NCBI GenBank assembly: GCA_947448795.1
Contig: CANFOZ010000005.1
Location: 1-61,879 of the forward strand
Direction of reading: 5' to 3'
Length of the DNA stretch: 61,879 nucleotides
Source of the DNA: Bacteroidota bacterium
GTDB taxonomy: Bacteria; Bacteroidota; Bacteroidia; AKYH767-A; JAHEYN01
Under the pieces are notes generated by a model. The model ran no database searches. It saw only the letters and a program-made list of their open reading frames with translations, and had not been told where the DNA came from. The position numbers and the translations under genes are program-made. Below, piece by piece: positions 1-9,698 of this stretch (positions are counted from its first letter, which is position 1; the number at the start of each line of letters is the position of its first letter).

Positions 1-608
1 CGGGCCCAACAGGTCCAACAGGCAGTGGCGGCGGTGGCAGCGGGGTTACAGGCCCAACGGGTCCAACAGGTCCAACAGGCAGTGGCGGCGGTGGTAGCGG
101 GGTTACCGGCCCAACGGGTGCAGCAGGTATAGGAGCAACGGGTCCAACAGGTGCGGCAGGTATAGGGGTGACTGGATCAACTGGATTAACAGGAGCCACA
201 GGTCCGAATAATGTGAAATTGTATTCAGCATTTGGCACCACAGATGTAACTACGAACTCCGGTGCTTGGGTCGATATCCCTCAAATGAGCATTACATTTA
301 CGCCATTAAACCCGTTGGTTTTTGTTCAATTTACAATTGCTGGTACGTGTAGTGTTTATGGTGATATTCTTGACTTTAGAATTTTCAATGCTACCACAAA
401 TACCCCAATAGCGGGTGCTGATTGCTTATCAGGTCAAACCTGGAATATTTACAACGGAGCAATTTCATGTCCAGTTGCAGTTACCGTAGGTACTCCTGTA
501 ACTATAAAAGCGCAATGGGAGCAAGGAGGAGGCCTTGCCAACTGGTATAATTACGCAGCTACTCAGTATTATGCACACCGCAGTTTAATAATTACGGATG
601 CACCATAA
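1..608 (+). CDS. Collagen-like (Gly-X-Thr repeat) surface protein, 5'-truncated by the window edge, with a beta-rich C-terminal head domain
   Basis: The frame of ORF 168..608 is open back to base 3 and reads GPTGPTGSGGGGSGVTGPTGPT...GATGP, followed by a ~130 aa non-repetitive beta-strand-rich domain; this layout is BclA-like. Confidence 0.8.
   Translation, partial: GPTGPTGSGGGGSGVTGPTGPTGPTGSGGGGSGVTGPTGAAGIGATGPTGAAGIGVTGSTGLTGATGPNNVKLYSAFGTTDVTTNSGAWVDIPQMSITFTPLNPLVFVQFTIAGTCSVYGDILDFRIFNATTNTPIAGADCLSGQTWNIYNGAISCPVAVTVGTPVTIKAQWEQGGGLANWYNYAATQYYAHRSLIITDAP
6..119 (+). repeat. Two 57-nt in-frame tandem repeats encoding PTGPTGSGGGGSGVTGPTG
   Basis: 6..62 and 63..119 differ at only two synonymous positions. 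Confidence 0.9.
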
Positions 609-656
609 AATTTGAGCCGAAAGTGATTATTTATTCGTTTTTATAGTATAAGCGAA

Positions 657-1085
657 TTACACCACGAAATTCTCTTCCACAATTTTCATCAGCACTTCCT
701 TGGTGAGGGGCTTACTGATGAAGCCCTTGAGGTAGCCGATCTTTTTCGCATGGGTTGCGTCGTCTGGATTGAGGCTCGTTGTTAGCATCGCCATTACTAC
801 GCGGGCACGAATGTCCTCGGGCAGTTTCTCGTATTCTCTCAGAAAATCCCAGCCGTTCATGCCGGGCATGTTGATATCCAATAAAATAATGCCTGGTCGT
901 GGAAACTCTGCACATTCGATGAATTTGCCTTTGCAGGTCAAATAATCCAAGCCGTCTTGCGCGCTCTCCACATCCTGCACCTTCACATCAAGGCCCGAAT
1001 CGTTTATTGTAAGGGTGTGTAAAAAGTTCGTCGCGATGTCGTCGTCAATCAAAAGAATACAATCTAGTCCGCTAAATTTTTTCAT
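657..1085 (-). CDS. Single-domain response regulator (receiver)
   Basis: ILLIDDD, LLDINMPGMNG (phospho-Asp), MLTTS and FISKPL motifs. Confidence 0.92.
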   Translation of the reverse strand: MKKFSGLDCILLIDDDIATNFLHTLTINDSGLDVKVQDVESAQDGLDYLTCKGKFIECAEFPRPGIILLDINMPGMNGWDFLREYEKLPEDIRARVVMAMLTTSLNPDDATHAKKIGYLKGFISKPLTKEVLMKIVEENFVV

Positions 1086-1096
1086 CTGTTGGTGTA

Positions 1097-2317
1097 TTAA
1101 ATGCTTAATGTAAAGTGAAAGGTACTTCCTTTGCCTAATTCAGACTCTACCCAAATAAGTCCATCGTGCAACTCCACGATCTTTTGGCAATGCGCCAGAC
1201 CTATGCCTGATCCTTCGTAGGCGGTGTTGGAATGAAGCTTCTGAAAGATTTGAAAGATTTTTTTATGAAAGGCCGGGTCGATACCAATGCCGTTGTCTTT
1301 GACTTGAAAATGCCAAAACCCAACTTCTTTACGGCTTGTTATTTGGATAACGGGCTTGCTGTCTTTTTTACGAAACTTGATCGCATTGGTAATCAGATTC
1401 TGAAACAACAGGTGTAGTTCCGTTTCAAAGCCATTCATTTCTGGTAAGTTGCTTCTTATAATTTCAGCTTGAGAGTCGTTTATAAGCGCGCCAAGGTCCT
1501 CGCATACATGGTCGAGCACAACGTTCAGGTCTGTTGGTTTGCGTTCGGCATTTCGCCCCAAACGGCCGTAATCGAGCAATCCTTTGATGAGCATGCTAAG
1601 GCGCGTGGTGGCATCGGCAATAAAAGAAAGACTCTTTTTGCCTACTTCATCCATTGTTAGTCCGTAATTGGTGTTTAATAAGCGTGCAAAGCCATCGATA
1701 GTCCGAACCGGTTCTTGCAGATCGTGGCTTGCGATGTAAACGAACTGTTGCAACTCGCGATTTTGACGCTCCAATTCGTTTTCGCGTTGTTTTTTTTCAG
1801 TGATGTCAAAGCTGATGCTGATATAGCGCTCTGGTTTCCCGTATTTATTATTAAAAGGAATAATATTCATATCGAGCCAGTAGAAATGGCCGTCTTTCGT
1901 TTTGTTTTTTATCTCACAGCGCCACCGCTTACCCAAGCGGATGTTTTCGAACATGATTTTAAAAAAATCTTTGTCGTGAAAGCCAGAGTTGACCATGCGC
2001 TGGTCTTGTCCTAAAATTTCTGCTTGCGTAAAGCCGGATAATGAGCAAAAGAGCGCGTTCACATATTCAGTTTTTCCATCCACCCCAACAATCGACACGA
2101 TGGCCGAAGCGTCGAGTGCCAATTTGTAATCCGAAAGTTCCCGACTGGCTTTTTCCAGTAATTGTTTAGATTGAAAAAGCTTTTCGCCGCTGCGGTGTTC
2201 AAGCTCCATGTTCGCCAAATAGAGGTTGCGCGTAGTATGCTCAATCATATCCTCAAGGATGCGGATCTTGTGCTCCGCCTTCTCAAGATTCTTGGCTGCG
2301 CGTTCTTTCTCGTCCAT
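1097..2317 (-). CDS. Cytoplasmic PAS-domain sensor histidine kinase (H-NOX-associated)
   Basis: N-terminal coiled coil, one PAS domain, H-box ASHDLQEP, N-box NLITNAIKF, G-boxes DNGIGI and GSGIGLA; no transmembrane segment. Confidence 0.92.
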   Translation of the reverse strand: MDEKERAAKNLEKAEHKIRILEDMIEHTTRNLYLANMELEHRSGEKLFQSKQLLEKASRELSDYKLALDASAIVSIVGVDGKTEYVNALFCSLSGFTQAEILGQDQRMVNSGFHDKDFFKIMFENIRLGKRWRCEIKNKTKDGHFYWLDMNIIPFNNKYGKPERYISISFDITEKKQRENELERQNRELQQFVYIASHDLQEPVRTIDGFARLLNTNYGLTMDEVGKKSLSFIADATTRLSMLIKGLLDYGRLGRNAERKPTDLNVVLDHVCEDLGALINDSQAEIIRSNLPEMNGFETELHLLFQNLITNAIKFRKKDSKPVIQITSRKEVGFWHFQVKDNGIGIDPAFHKKIFQIFQKLHSNTAYEGSGIGLAHCQKIVELHDGLIWVESELGKGSTFHFTLSI

Positions 2318-2859
2318 TAGCTGAAGTGCAAATGGAACTCACAAACCTCGCGGCCGTTTTGTTCCATGGTTTTGTGTTTTTGGGTGATTGCTTGCTTAAA
2401 ATGGGCGGCGACACCTTCAATCAGTCCTTCCATAAAAGCGTATAGTTTACGCTCGCTGAAATAAACGATAATCAGTTCGTTCTCGCTCGGATCTTCGTAT
2501 GTGAAACTTGGAAGGGCCGTTCCATTATAAAGCTTTCGCACCTCCATGTGGATAACCTGATCCACCGTTTTTAAAAAGGTCTTGGCATCTTTGTGATGTT
2601 CCAAGAAGACCGGGTGGCGCTCTGCCAATTTGCCGAAGGAGTAACGGCCCAATTTAGAGAGCAGTTCAGCTGGCGTAATGCCTGCTTTTGCAGCTCCTTT
2701 CGTCACCATCTCCACCATGTCTTCATCGGGGTAGGTGCCCGGGCCTACAAAGGGTTCTTTGGTAATTAGGTTGCAGCTCGCCATGATCTCATCTAACGCA
2801 TCTTCACCATAGGTTTCGATGATGAATTGCTCGGCGATATTAAAAATGATTCCTTTCAT
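2317..2859 (-). CDS. Heme NO-binding (H-NOX/HNOB) protein
   Basis: MKGIIF start, TYPD motif, proximal His in IHMEVRKLY, LPSF proline and the YxSxR heme-propionate motif (YFSER). Confidence 0.92.
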   Translation of the reverse strand: MKGIIFNIAEQFIIETYGEDALDEIMASCNLITKEPFVGPGTYPDEDMVEMVTKGAAKAGITPAELLSKLGRYSFGKLAERHPVFLEHHKDAKTFLKTVDQVIHMEVRKLYNGTALPSFTYEDPSENELIIVYFSERKLYAFMEGLIEGVAAHFKQAITQKHKTMEQNGREVCEFHLHFS

Positions 2860-2877
2860 GGAGGCGTTAATTTGCTT

Positions 2878-3255
2878 TTACTCGTTCTTGTTCAGAATCT
2901 CTTGTATGTTTTCGGTTGTGATGGGCTTCGAAAGATAGCCTCGCACACAACTGTACCCTGCTGCCTTTTCCTCATCTAGGGGATTGATTGAGGAGGTGAG
3001 GATATACAAGCTTGCTGCTGGGTTTTTCTGTTGAAACTCATCCAAAAACTGCCAACCGTTCATTTCTGGCATGTTCAAATCGAGCAGCACCAAGAAGGAG
3101 TGATCCAACGTCAAGGATTTTAGATAGGCCAGGCCCTCTACCGGATTGGTAAAGGACTGAACATCCATGCCTGGATGATGTAGCCTTATCATCAGTTCGC
3201 AGAGGTAGTTGTTTGGTGGATCATCGTCGACGATCACGATTTTTTGTATTTCCAT
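2878..3255 (-). CDS. Single-domain response regulator (receiver)
   Basis: IVIVDDD, LLDLNMPEMNG, ILTSS and YLSKPI motifs. Confidence 0.92.
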   Translation of the reverse strand: MEIQKIVIVDDDPPNNYLCELMIRLHHPGMDVQSFTNPVEGLAYLKSLTLDHSFLVLLDLNMPEMNGWQFLDEFQQKNPAASLYILTSSINPLDEEKAAGYSCVRGYLSKPITTENIQEILNKNE

Positions 3256-5849
3256 TACCGGATAGGGATTTTTATGGTAAACGTGGTTCCTTGCTCAACG
3301 GCACTTTCGATTTCGATGGTGCCTCCAATAGTTTCAACTTGTGATTTTGTCATGTGCAGTCCAAGGCCTTTGCCTTCCACATCGTGGTGGAAACGCTTAT
3401 ACAATCCGAAGACATACTCGCCTTGTTTGGCCAGGTCGATACCGCGTCCATTGTCAGATACACGAAGCACAAGCTTTTCGTCTTCAATAAAAGAGGATAT
3501 GCGAATCAAGGGCGGGCGCAGTTCCGATTTATACTTGATGGCATTGCTAACCAAATTGTATAAAATACTTTCCAAATAGCTGCGTATGGTAATGATGGTC
3601 TTAGCATCCTCAGCAAAGTTGATATTCAAGATTGATTTTGATTCTCGAATCTGCAAGTCGAGGGTGCCGCAAATACTGGTGAGGAGTTCTTTCAGGTTCA
3701 CCAGCTCACGCTTTTCGTTCAAAGCGGTACGCGACGATAATATCACCGCCAAATCCTTCACCATGTCGTCCATCTTCACCACCGAAGCATAGATGTAGTC
3801 GATTACCTGATTCTTGTCTTTATCGGTTACGTTTGGCATTTTTAACATACGCGAAAGTCCGATGATATTAGCAATCGGCGCGCGTAGATTATGCGATACG
3901 ATGTAGTTAAACTGCATCAGCTCATTGTATCTCCCGTTGAGCTCCATCACCATGCTGTCGAGTTCTTTCTCCTTCTTCTTCAGCTCCGTTACATCCACGC
4001 CATAGCCCATAACAAATTGCTTGTTATCTGGACTAATAAAGGGATGATACCGTCGGTAAACGAAAATGCTTGATCCATCTTCTGTTTTGTGTTCATCGAT
4101 CCACTCCGCATCGATCTGCGTGCTTACAACTTGGTTGAAAAGCGCTCTGCGGCGCTCAGCAATTTCGGTACTGCTATTTTTTAATTTAGCATAATCAAAA
4201 TCATCTTTCCCGATCATCCACTTTCTTAATTTGGGATCACGGATGCCTTTTGGGTTAACAAAGATGTACTGATGCTGGGCATTGAACACCGCGACATCTG
4301 CAGGGATGTTGTTCAGAATATCTTCGGTAAAATAACGCTGAAAATCCAGCGCACGCTGTGTTTTTTTTATTGCGGAAAGGTCTCGTGCAAACAGGAGGAT
4401 GCGCAGGTTTCCATTGATAATTTGCGTAACGAAGCTGAGCAGCAGATCACTCGCTTGCCCATTTTTATCAACTCCTGTGGCTTCGATGTTCCCGCTGCTT
4501 TTGCTTAGCGCCTTTGCCGCTTTTTGAAAAGCATCCAGCACCGCCGCTTGGCTTTCCTCTTCAAGAAACAAAAAACGCAAGTTTTTTCCAATGACTTCCG
4601 ACTCGCTCCATCCAAAAAGAGCCTTTGCTTTCTCGTCCCAGCCATTGATTTTACCATCGCGGGAAATCATTATCGCCGCATCAGGAGAGGATTCATAGAT
4701 GCTCTCTAGCATGCTTTTGTGCTCTTGCAGTGTCATCTGCGCTAGCTTTAGCTCGGTGATGTCTTGCGCAATGCCGAAGGCCTTTATTTGCTTGCCTTGT
4801 TTATCGCGGACGAGCTCGGCTTGCCCCATAAGGTATTTCTTTACCCCTTGTTGGTCGCGGATGCAGAACTCAAAAGCCGATAATTTGTTGCTTACCAGAA
4901 AGGAGCGCATCCGCCGTCGCATTTCTTGGCGTCCGTCGGCACAGATGCGTTGCCAAAGCGCGCCAAAACGCATGTCTTTTTCGTCTGGCTTTAGATCGAA
5001 TATGGCATACATTTCTTTGGAGAAATGAAGCTGACCAGTAGTCATGTCAAGCTCCCAACTGCCCATCTTGGCAATTCGCTGAGCATCGTCGAGCAAGATG
5101 GAATTTTTGCGCAATTGCTCATCGGCCTCCATTTGGGAGGTGATGTCGTGCGCAATCCAGCTCACCATACCATTGCCAAAGCCTTGGTCGCGCAGCGTAT
5201 TGTTGTAATCTAAATATACAATGCGGCCTGTGCTGTGTGCTACGCGAAGCATGCCTTTGGCCACTTTTTTTGTAGCGATCGTTTCTAAATACGCACGAAG
5301 ACGTTCTTGGTCTGGAGCAATCACGAGGTCTTTTAGGTTGAGCTTGCAGAGCTGCTCTTCGCTGAACCCTAGCATCTTCGTGGCCGCACTGTTAACCGCT
5401 AAAATACGTCCCTGTAAGTCGTGGTTGCAGATAAACTCATGGCTGTTGTTGATCATCTCAAAGGCAGCGCCATTCACAAGGTCGTTGCGAACCGATTGTT
5501 CATTGATGAGGAAGCGATTGGAGACGAACTGCATGATCTTTCCCTGCGCGTCAAAGACAGGGGAGATGGTGGTTTCAACCCAATATAGATTGCCGTCTTT
5601 GCTTTTGTTGCAAATTTCTCCCTTCCACTCCCTTCCAGAGCAGATGGTTTGCCATAGGTTCACGAAAAAATCCTTGCTATGGAAGCCGGAGTTGAATAGG
5701 CGATGGTCTTGTCCGATCAACTCGGATAACTCGTATTGTGAAGTCTGGCAGAACTGTTCGTTCGCAAAGATGATTTTCCCCTTTGGATCGGTGATCGAAA
5801 GGAGGGAGCCTTTGTGGTTGAACGTTATTTCTTTAAGGACTTTAATCAT
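3255..5849 (-). CDS. Multi-PAS cytoplasmic sensor histidine kinase
   Basis: Several PAS/PAC repeats (DIT motifs), H-box VSHNLRAP, NLVSNAIKY, DNGRGI and GKGLGL. Confidence 0.92.
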   Translation of the reverse strand: MIKVLKEITFNHKGSLLSITDPKGKIIFANEQFCQTSQYELSELIGQDHRLFNSGFHSKDFFVNLWQTICSGREWKGEICNKSKDGNLYWVETTISPVFDAQGKIMQFVSNRFLINEQSVRNDLVNGAAFEMINNSHEFICNHDLQGRILAVNSAATKMLGFSEEQLCKLNLKDLVIAPDQERLRAYLETIATKKVAKGMLRVAHSTGRIVYLDYNNTLRDQGFGNGMVSWIAHDITSQMEADEQLRKNSILLDDAQRIAKMGSWELDMTTGQLHFSKEMYAIFDLKPDEKDMRFGALWQRICADGRQEMRRRMRSFLVSNKLSAFEFCIRDQQGVKKYLMGQAELVRDKQGKQIKAFGIAQDITELKLAQMTLQEHKSMLESIYESSPDAAIMISRDGKINGWDEKAKALFGWSESEVIGKNLRFLFLEEESQAAVLDAFQKAAKALSKSSGNIEATGVDKNGQASDLLLSFVTQIINGNLRILLFARDLSAIKKTQRALDFQRYFTEDILNNIPADVAVFNAQHQYIFVNPKGIRDPKLRKWMIGKDDFDYAKLKNSSTEIAERRRALFNQVVSTQIDAEWIDEHKTEDGSSIFVYRRYHPFISPDNKQFVMGYGVDVTELKKKEKELDSMVMELNGRYNELMQFNYIVSHNLRAPIANIIGLSRMLKMPNVTDKDKNQVIDYIYASVVKMDDMVKDLAVILSSRTALNEKRELVNLKELLTSICGTLDLQIRESKSILNINFAEDAKTIITIRSYLESILYNLVSNAIKYKSELRPPLIRISSFIEDEKLVLRVSDNGRGIDLAKQGEYVFGLYKRFHHDVEGKGLGLHMTKSQVETIGGTIEIESAVEQGTTFTIKIPIR

Positions 5850-5923
5850 TTGTTTTCGCCAAATTCAGAAGGCTATTCAGGTCTAATTAGGGCAGCATCC
5901 AAACCACCCCCCTTCGGCTACTA

Positions 5924-5931
5924 CAAATGTA
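5924..5931 (-). promoter_or_regulatory. Bacteroidota housekeeping promoter -7 element (TACATTTG) for the H-NOX operon
   Basis: Exact TAnnTTTG match about 75 nt upstream of the 5849 start. Confidence 0.55.
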
Positions 5932-6072
5932 ATAAAAAATCAGACGTGAAAGTAGTCGCGTACCCATTTTCTGCCTTGGAGAAGGATGGTTAATGGCATG
6001 TCGTCTGATTAGCGAAAGGGCTTGCTATTTTCGCGTCCTAGAATAAGTATCTTCGCATCAAGTATAATCACC

Positions 6073-8355
6073 ATGAAAAAAACACTGCTTTTGTTTGCTA
6101 TTTTTTTGATGTCTTGTGGTGCCTTTGCGCAGTCGCTGTATGATTTAAATACTATACAGGATATTCGCGTATTCTTTCCAAACACCAGTTGGGATAGCAT
6201 GATGGATACCGCAATAGCGGGGTCAGAGGGGTATATCGTAGCCGACTCTGTTTTTGTAAATAGCGTAAAGTTCATCGGCTGCGGAGTAAAGTACAAGGGC
6301 AATAGTTCATACAGTGCTACTCGGGCGAAGAATCCACTCCACATCAAGCTCGATTATACCTCCAATCAAGATTATCAGGGGTATCAAGATTTGAAGTTGG
6401 CAAATGGGTTCAGCGATCCTTCATTCATACGTGAGCCGTCATCGTACCTTGTGCTTCGTCAATACATGAGTGCACCACTGAGCAATTTTGCCAAGGTGTA
6501 TATCAACAACGCCTACTACGGTATTATGACCAACGACGAGGATATTAGCAACCGATTCCTTGAGCAGAACTATTTTTCATCGTGCCATACGCTTATCAAA
6601 TGCAACCCATTGAACGCAGGCCCCGGCAGCGGCACGGGCAGCAGCCTAGCCTACGCCGGAGTGGATTCCACGAGCACCAACTACACCAGCATGTACGAGG
6701 TTAAGTCCGATTATGGCTGGACCGACCTCATTCATTTTTGTGACACACTAAATAATTCCTCTGCTTCCATTAACAGCGTGCTCGATGTGGATCGCGCCTT
6801 GTGGATGCTGGCTTTCAATGATGTATTAGTGAACCTCGACAGTTATTCTGGGAGTTTTCGTCAGAACTACTACCTCTATCGTGATCATGCCAACCAATGG
6901 ATACCAACGGTTTGGGATGTTAACATGAGTTATGGAAGCTTTACTATGAGCGGCACTGGCCAGGGGCTCAACCTGTCTTCGATGCAAACGCTTACCCCGC
7001 TCTTGCATGCAACAGAGTCGGCTTGGCCGCTTATCTACAAACTGCTCGCGAACGCGCAGTACAAGAAAATGTACATCGCGCACATGCGCACCATCAATCA
7101 AGAAAATTTCTTGGGTGCGCAATACAAGCCAGCCATCGTTGCCATGCGCGCGCTGATTGACAACGCAGTGAGTACAGACCCTAATTTTTTGTATAGCTAT
7201 ACCCAGTTTCAAAGCAACCTCACTACTACCATTACCGGTGGTGGCGGACAAGGTGGTGGTGGTACCTGTGGCGTGTATGAGTTGATGGATACTAGGGCTG
7301 CATGGCTTAATACCTGCACCGAATTTTCACAAGTGCCGCCAACCATTGCTTCGGTAACCCCATCCTCGTCAACGCCAGCTTTCGGCTCCAATGCAGCAAT
7401 CACTGCACAGGTCACCAATGCTACTAGCGTTTATTTGGGAAGTCGCAGCAAAGTTTCCGACCGTTTCGTGCGCATCGCCATGCTCGACGATGGTAACCAC
7501 AACGACGGTGCTGCCGGTGATCTGGTCTTTGGGGTCAACATGCCGGTGAATTCGATGAACATACAGTATTACGTATATGCTGAGAATGGGAACGCCGGTA
7601 TCTTCTCGCCGGTGCGTGCCGAACATGAATTCTATCAGCTAAACCCAACAATAACGCAAGCCACTACGGCTGATTTAGTGATCAACGAAGTGCTTGCCGC
7701 TAACACTTCTGGTATTGTTAACGAAAGTGGCAAAAACAAAGACTGGCTTGAGCTATACAACAAAACGAACAACACGCTCGGTTTGAACGCTATTTTCTTA
7801 TCCGACTCGCTTAGTAATATTGGTAAATGGCGCTTTCCTGCCGATGCGTTCATAGGGCCGAATGAGCATTTGCTGGTATGGGCGGATGATAAAAACGTGA
7901 CCTTGCTCGACCACCATACAAACTTCGATTTGAACAACGCCTTCGACATGGTGCTGCTGAGCGATTCGCTTGTGATTGGAGACAGTCTGTCGTTTTTGAA
8001 TCAGCCCGCTAATCAGGGCTTGGCGCGCTGTCCGGATGGAACGGGCGACTTTCAGCCAACCACCACCCTCACACCAAAAGCGGTAAACATCTGCGAGCTG
8101 AACCTGCTTGATGAAGAAGTGCCCTTTTCGATTTCCTTGTCACCGAATCCGACAACGGGAATGGTGAACCTCGCCTTTCAAGGAGACCTTATTCCACAGT
8201 CGATTCAGTTGGTGAACATGCTTGGCCAAGTGGTCTTGGAAGGGAATGGGAGCAGCAGGCAACTCGACCTGACAGATTTGGCATCCGGCTTGTATGTTGC
8301 GCGTGTCTCCCTCGTAGGTCGCCGTCCATTGTTTGTAAAAATCGTTCGCCAGTAA
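6073..8355 (+). CDS. CotH-family kinase with lamin-tail domain and T9SS type A C-terminal sorting domain
   Basis: Signal peptide from MKKTLLL; KYKGNSS, DPSFIRE, NLDSY...NYYLY and WDVNMSYG CotH motifs; DDGNHNDGAAGD motif; LVINEVLAAN...DWLELYN lamin-tail motif; SPNP...GLYV...KIVRQ CTD. Confidence 0.85.
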   Translation: MKKTLLLFAIFLMSCGAFAQSLYDLNTIQDIRVFFPNTSWDSMMDTAIAGSEGYIVADSVFVNSVKFIGCGVKYKGNSSYSATRAKNPLHIKLDYTSNQDYQGYQDLKLANGFSDPSFIREPSSYLVLRQYMSAPLSNFAKVYINNAYYGIMTNDEDISNRFLEQNYFSSCHTLIKCNPLNAGPGSGTGSSLAYAGVDSTSTNYTSMYEVKSDYGWTDLIHFCDTLNNSSASINSVLDVDRALWMLAFNDVLVNLDSYSGSFRQNYYLYRDHANQWIPTVWDVNMSYGSFTMSGTGQGLNLSSMQTLTPLLHATESAWPLIYKLLANAQYKKMYIAHMRTINQENFLGAQYKPAIVAMRALIDNAVSTDPNFLYSYTQFQSNLTTTITGGGGQGGGGTCGVYELMDTRAAWLNTCTEFSQVPPTIASVTPSSSTPAFGSNAAITAQVTNATSVYLGSRSKVSDRFVRIAMLDDGNHNDGAAGDLVFGVNMPVNSMNIQYYVYAENGNAGIFSPVRAEHEFYQLNPTITQATTADLVINEVLAANTSGIVNESGKNKDWLELYNKTNNTLGLNAIFLSDSLSNIGKWRFPADAFIGPNEHLLVWADDKNVTLLDHHTNFDLNNAFDMVLLSDSLVIGDSLSFLNQPANQGLARCPDGTGDFQPTTTLTPKAVNICELNLLDEEVPFSISLSPNPTTGMVNLAFQGDLIPQSIQLVNMLGQVVLEGNGSSRQLDLTDLASGLYVARVSLVGRRPLFVKIVRQ

Positions 8356-9111
8356 TTACTTGGCCACCCAGCCGCCGTCTACTGCTAAGGCCTGACCCGT
8401 TACGAAGCTCGCTGCCTCCGAGCACAACCACAACACAGCTTGCGCTACTTCTTCGGGCTGCCCCAGGCGACCAACCGGTTCCATCTCCGCATAGTGTTGC
8501 TCCACCTCTTTTTGCTTTCCCGTAGCACGATCAATCATAGGCGTTTTGATTATCCCAGGACAAACGGCATTCACCCGAATGCCTTGCAAAGCATACTCTA
8601 GTGCCGTCGCTTTTGTAAGGCCCACTACACCGTGTTTTGAAGTAACGTAAGCAGCTGCGTTTGCAAAGCCCACCAAGCCGGCAACCGAGCTGTTGTTTAC
8701 GATGCTGCCATATCCTTGCTTCGACATTATCGTTAGCTCTTGCTGCATGCAGTTCCAGGTGCCTTTTAGGTTAATGCCAATGACCCGATCAAACTCCTCT
8801 TCCGGATATTCGTGTGTTAAGCCCTGCAGCCCTTCTATACCGGCGTTGTTGAAGGCATGGTCAAGGCGGCCGTGGGTTTTTAGGATGTTGAAAAACAAAC
8901 CGCTCACGGCTTCTCGATCAGCGATGTCGCAGGGTATTTGCGTAGCAACACCACCCGCTTCTTGAATCATATAAAGTGTGCCGGTGTCCGCATCACGGTC
9001 GGCAAGGATAACATGTGCACCTGCTTTTGCAAAGGCCAAGGCGCTTGCTCGGCCAATGCCGAAGGCAGACCCCGTAACGAGGACGACGCGATCTTTAAAC
9101 GAGTGCTGCAT
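8356..9111 (-). CDS. SDR family oxidoreductase
   Basis: TGSAFGIG, NNAG, YVTSK and VDGG motifs; the ATG at 9111 is the more plausible start. Confidence 0.9.
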   Translation of the reverse strand: MQHSFKDRVVLVTGSAFGIGRASALAFAKAGAHVILADRDADTGTLYMIQEAGGVATQIPCDIADREAVSGLFFNILKTHGRLDHAFNNAGIEGLQGLTHEYPEEEFDRVIGINLKGTWNCMQQELTIMSKQGYGSIVNNSSVAGLVGFANAAAYVTSKHGVVGLTKATALEYALQGIRVNAVCPGIIKTPMIDRATGKQKEVEQHYAEMEPVGRLGQPEEVAQAVLWLCSEAASFVTGQALAVDGGWVAK

Positions 9112-9553
9112 CTTTCTTTTTGGTTTTAGTGCTTTTTTTAACCGGACTCGTTTTAACAAGCTTGAATACATCTTGTTTTAGCTTTCGAAAGGAGAGTCGT
9201 ACTTCTTGCACCTGCTCTTTCAGCTCTTCGTGTGCTTGTCGATACGGTTGTTCATCGAGCAGTTTAGAATCAATGATACGCGAGAGGTCATTCTCGTGAT
9301 CATTCACTTCTTGGCGCAGGGCTACCATGTGGTCGGCAGATAGGCGAATGAGTTCTTGTTCTACTTCTTTAGCCTGTTTTGTTTTAGCTACTGCAGCCCT
9401 TGGTTTTTTGCGTAGCATCAGCGAATAAAAGAAGGCTGCTTCGTCTTTCCAATAATCTATTTCTTCAAGCCAGTCCATGCTCTCTCTATGTAGTTTTTCG
9501 AGGGCGTTTTCCAGTAAGAATGAGCCGGTGGGGGTGGGCAGTGTTTTGTTCAT
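9095..9553 (-). CDS. Hypothetical alpha-helical protein (His/Glu-rich helical bundle)
   Basis: Coding-like ORF from MNKTLPTP with LHRES...W...W and EVNDHE...HEEL motifs; it overlaps the downstream SDR start. Confidence 0.7.
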   Translation of the reverse strand: MNKTLPTPTGSFLLENALEKLHRESMDWLEEIDYWKDEAAFFYSLMLRKKPRAAVAKTKQAKEVEQELIRLSADHMVALRQEVNDHENDLSRIIDSKLLDEQPYRQAHEELKEQVQEVRLSFRKLKQDVFKLVKTSPVKKSTKTKKKDAALV

Positions 9554-9607
9554 AGCGTAGAGATTTTTCTGTTTAGCAAAGATGCTCAGCAAAGATGCCC
9601 ACAAGGC

Positions 9608-9643
9608 ATGATTACCCTCATCCGCAAGCTTGATCCTTTTCAT
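9608..9643. promoter_or_regulatory. Two TGA-N6-TCA (CRP/FNR-type) palindromic boxes in the divergent promoter region
   Basis: ATGATTACCCTCAT at 9608..9621 and TTGATCCTTTTCAT at 9630..9643, 22 bp apart. Confidence 0.5.
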
Positions 9644-9698
9644 TTGCCCGGAGGATAAGACGGATGATCTTCGCAGTGTTCATTAAACATCCAAAACC

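Noticed and set aside
5221-5886. Long antisense ORF (221 aa) and the many other 60-160 aa ORFs nested in real genes
   Set aside because: These are shadow ORFs opposite or out of frame with well-supported genes and carry no recognisable motifs
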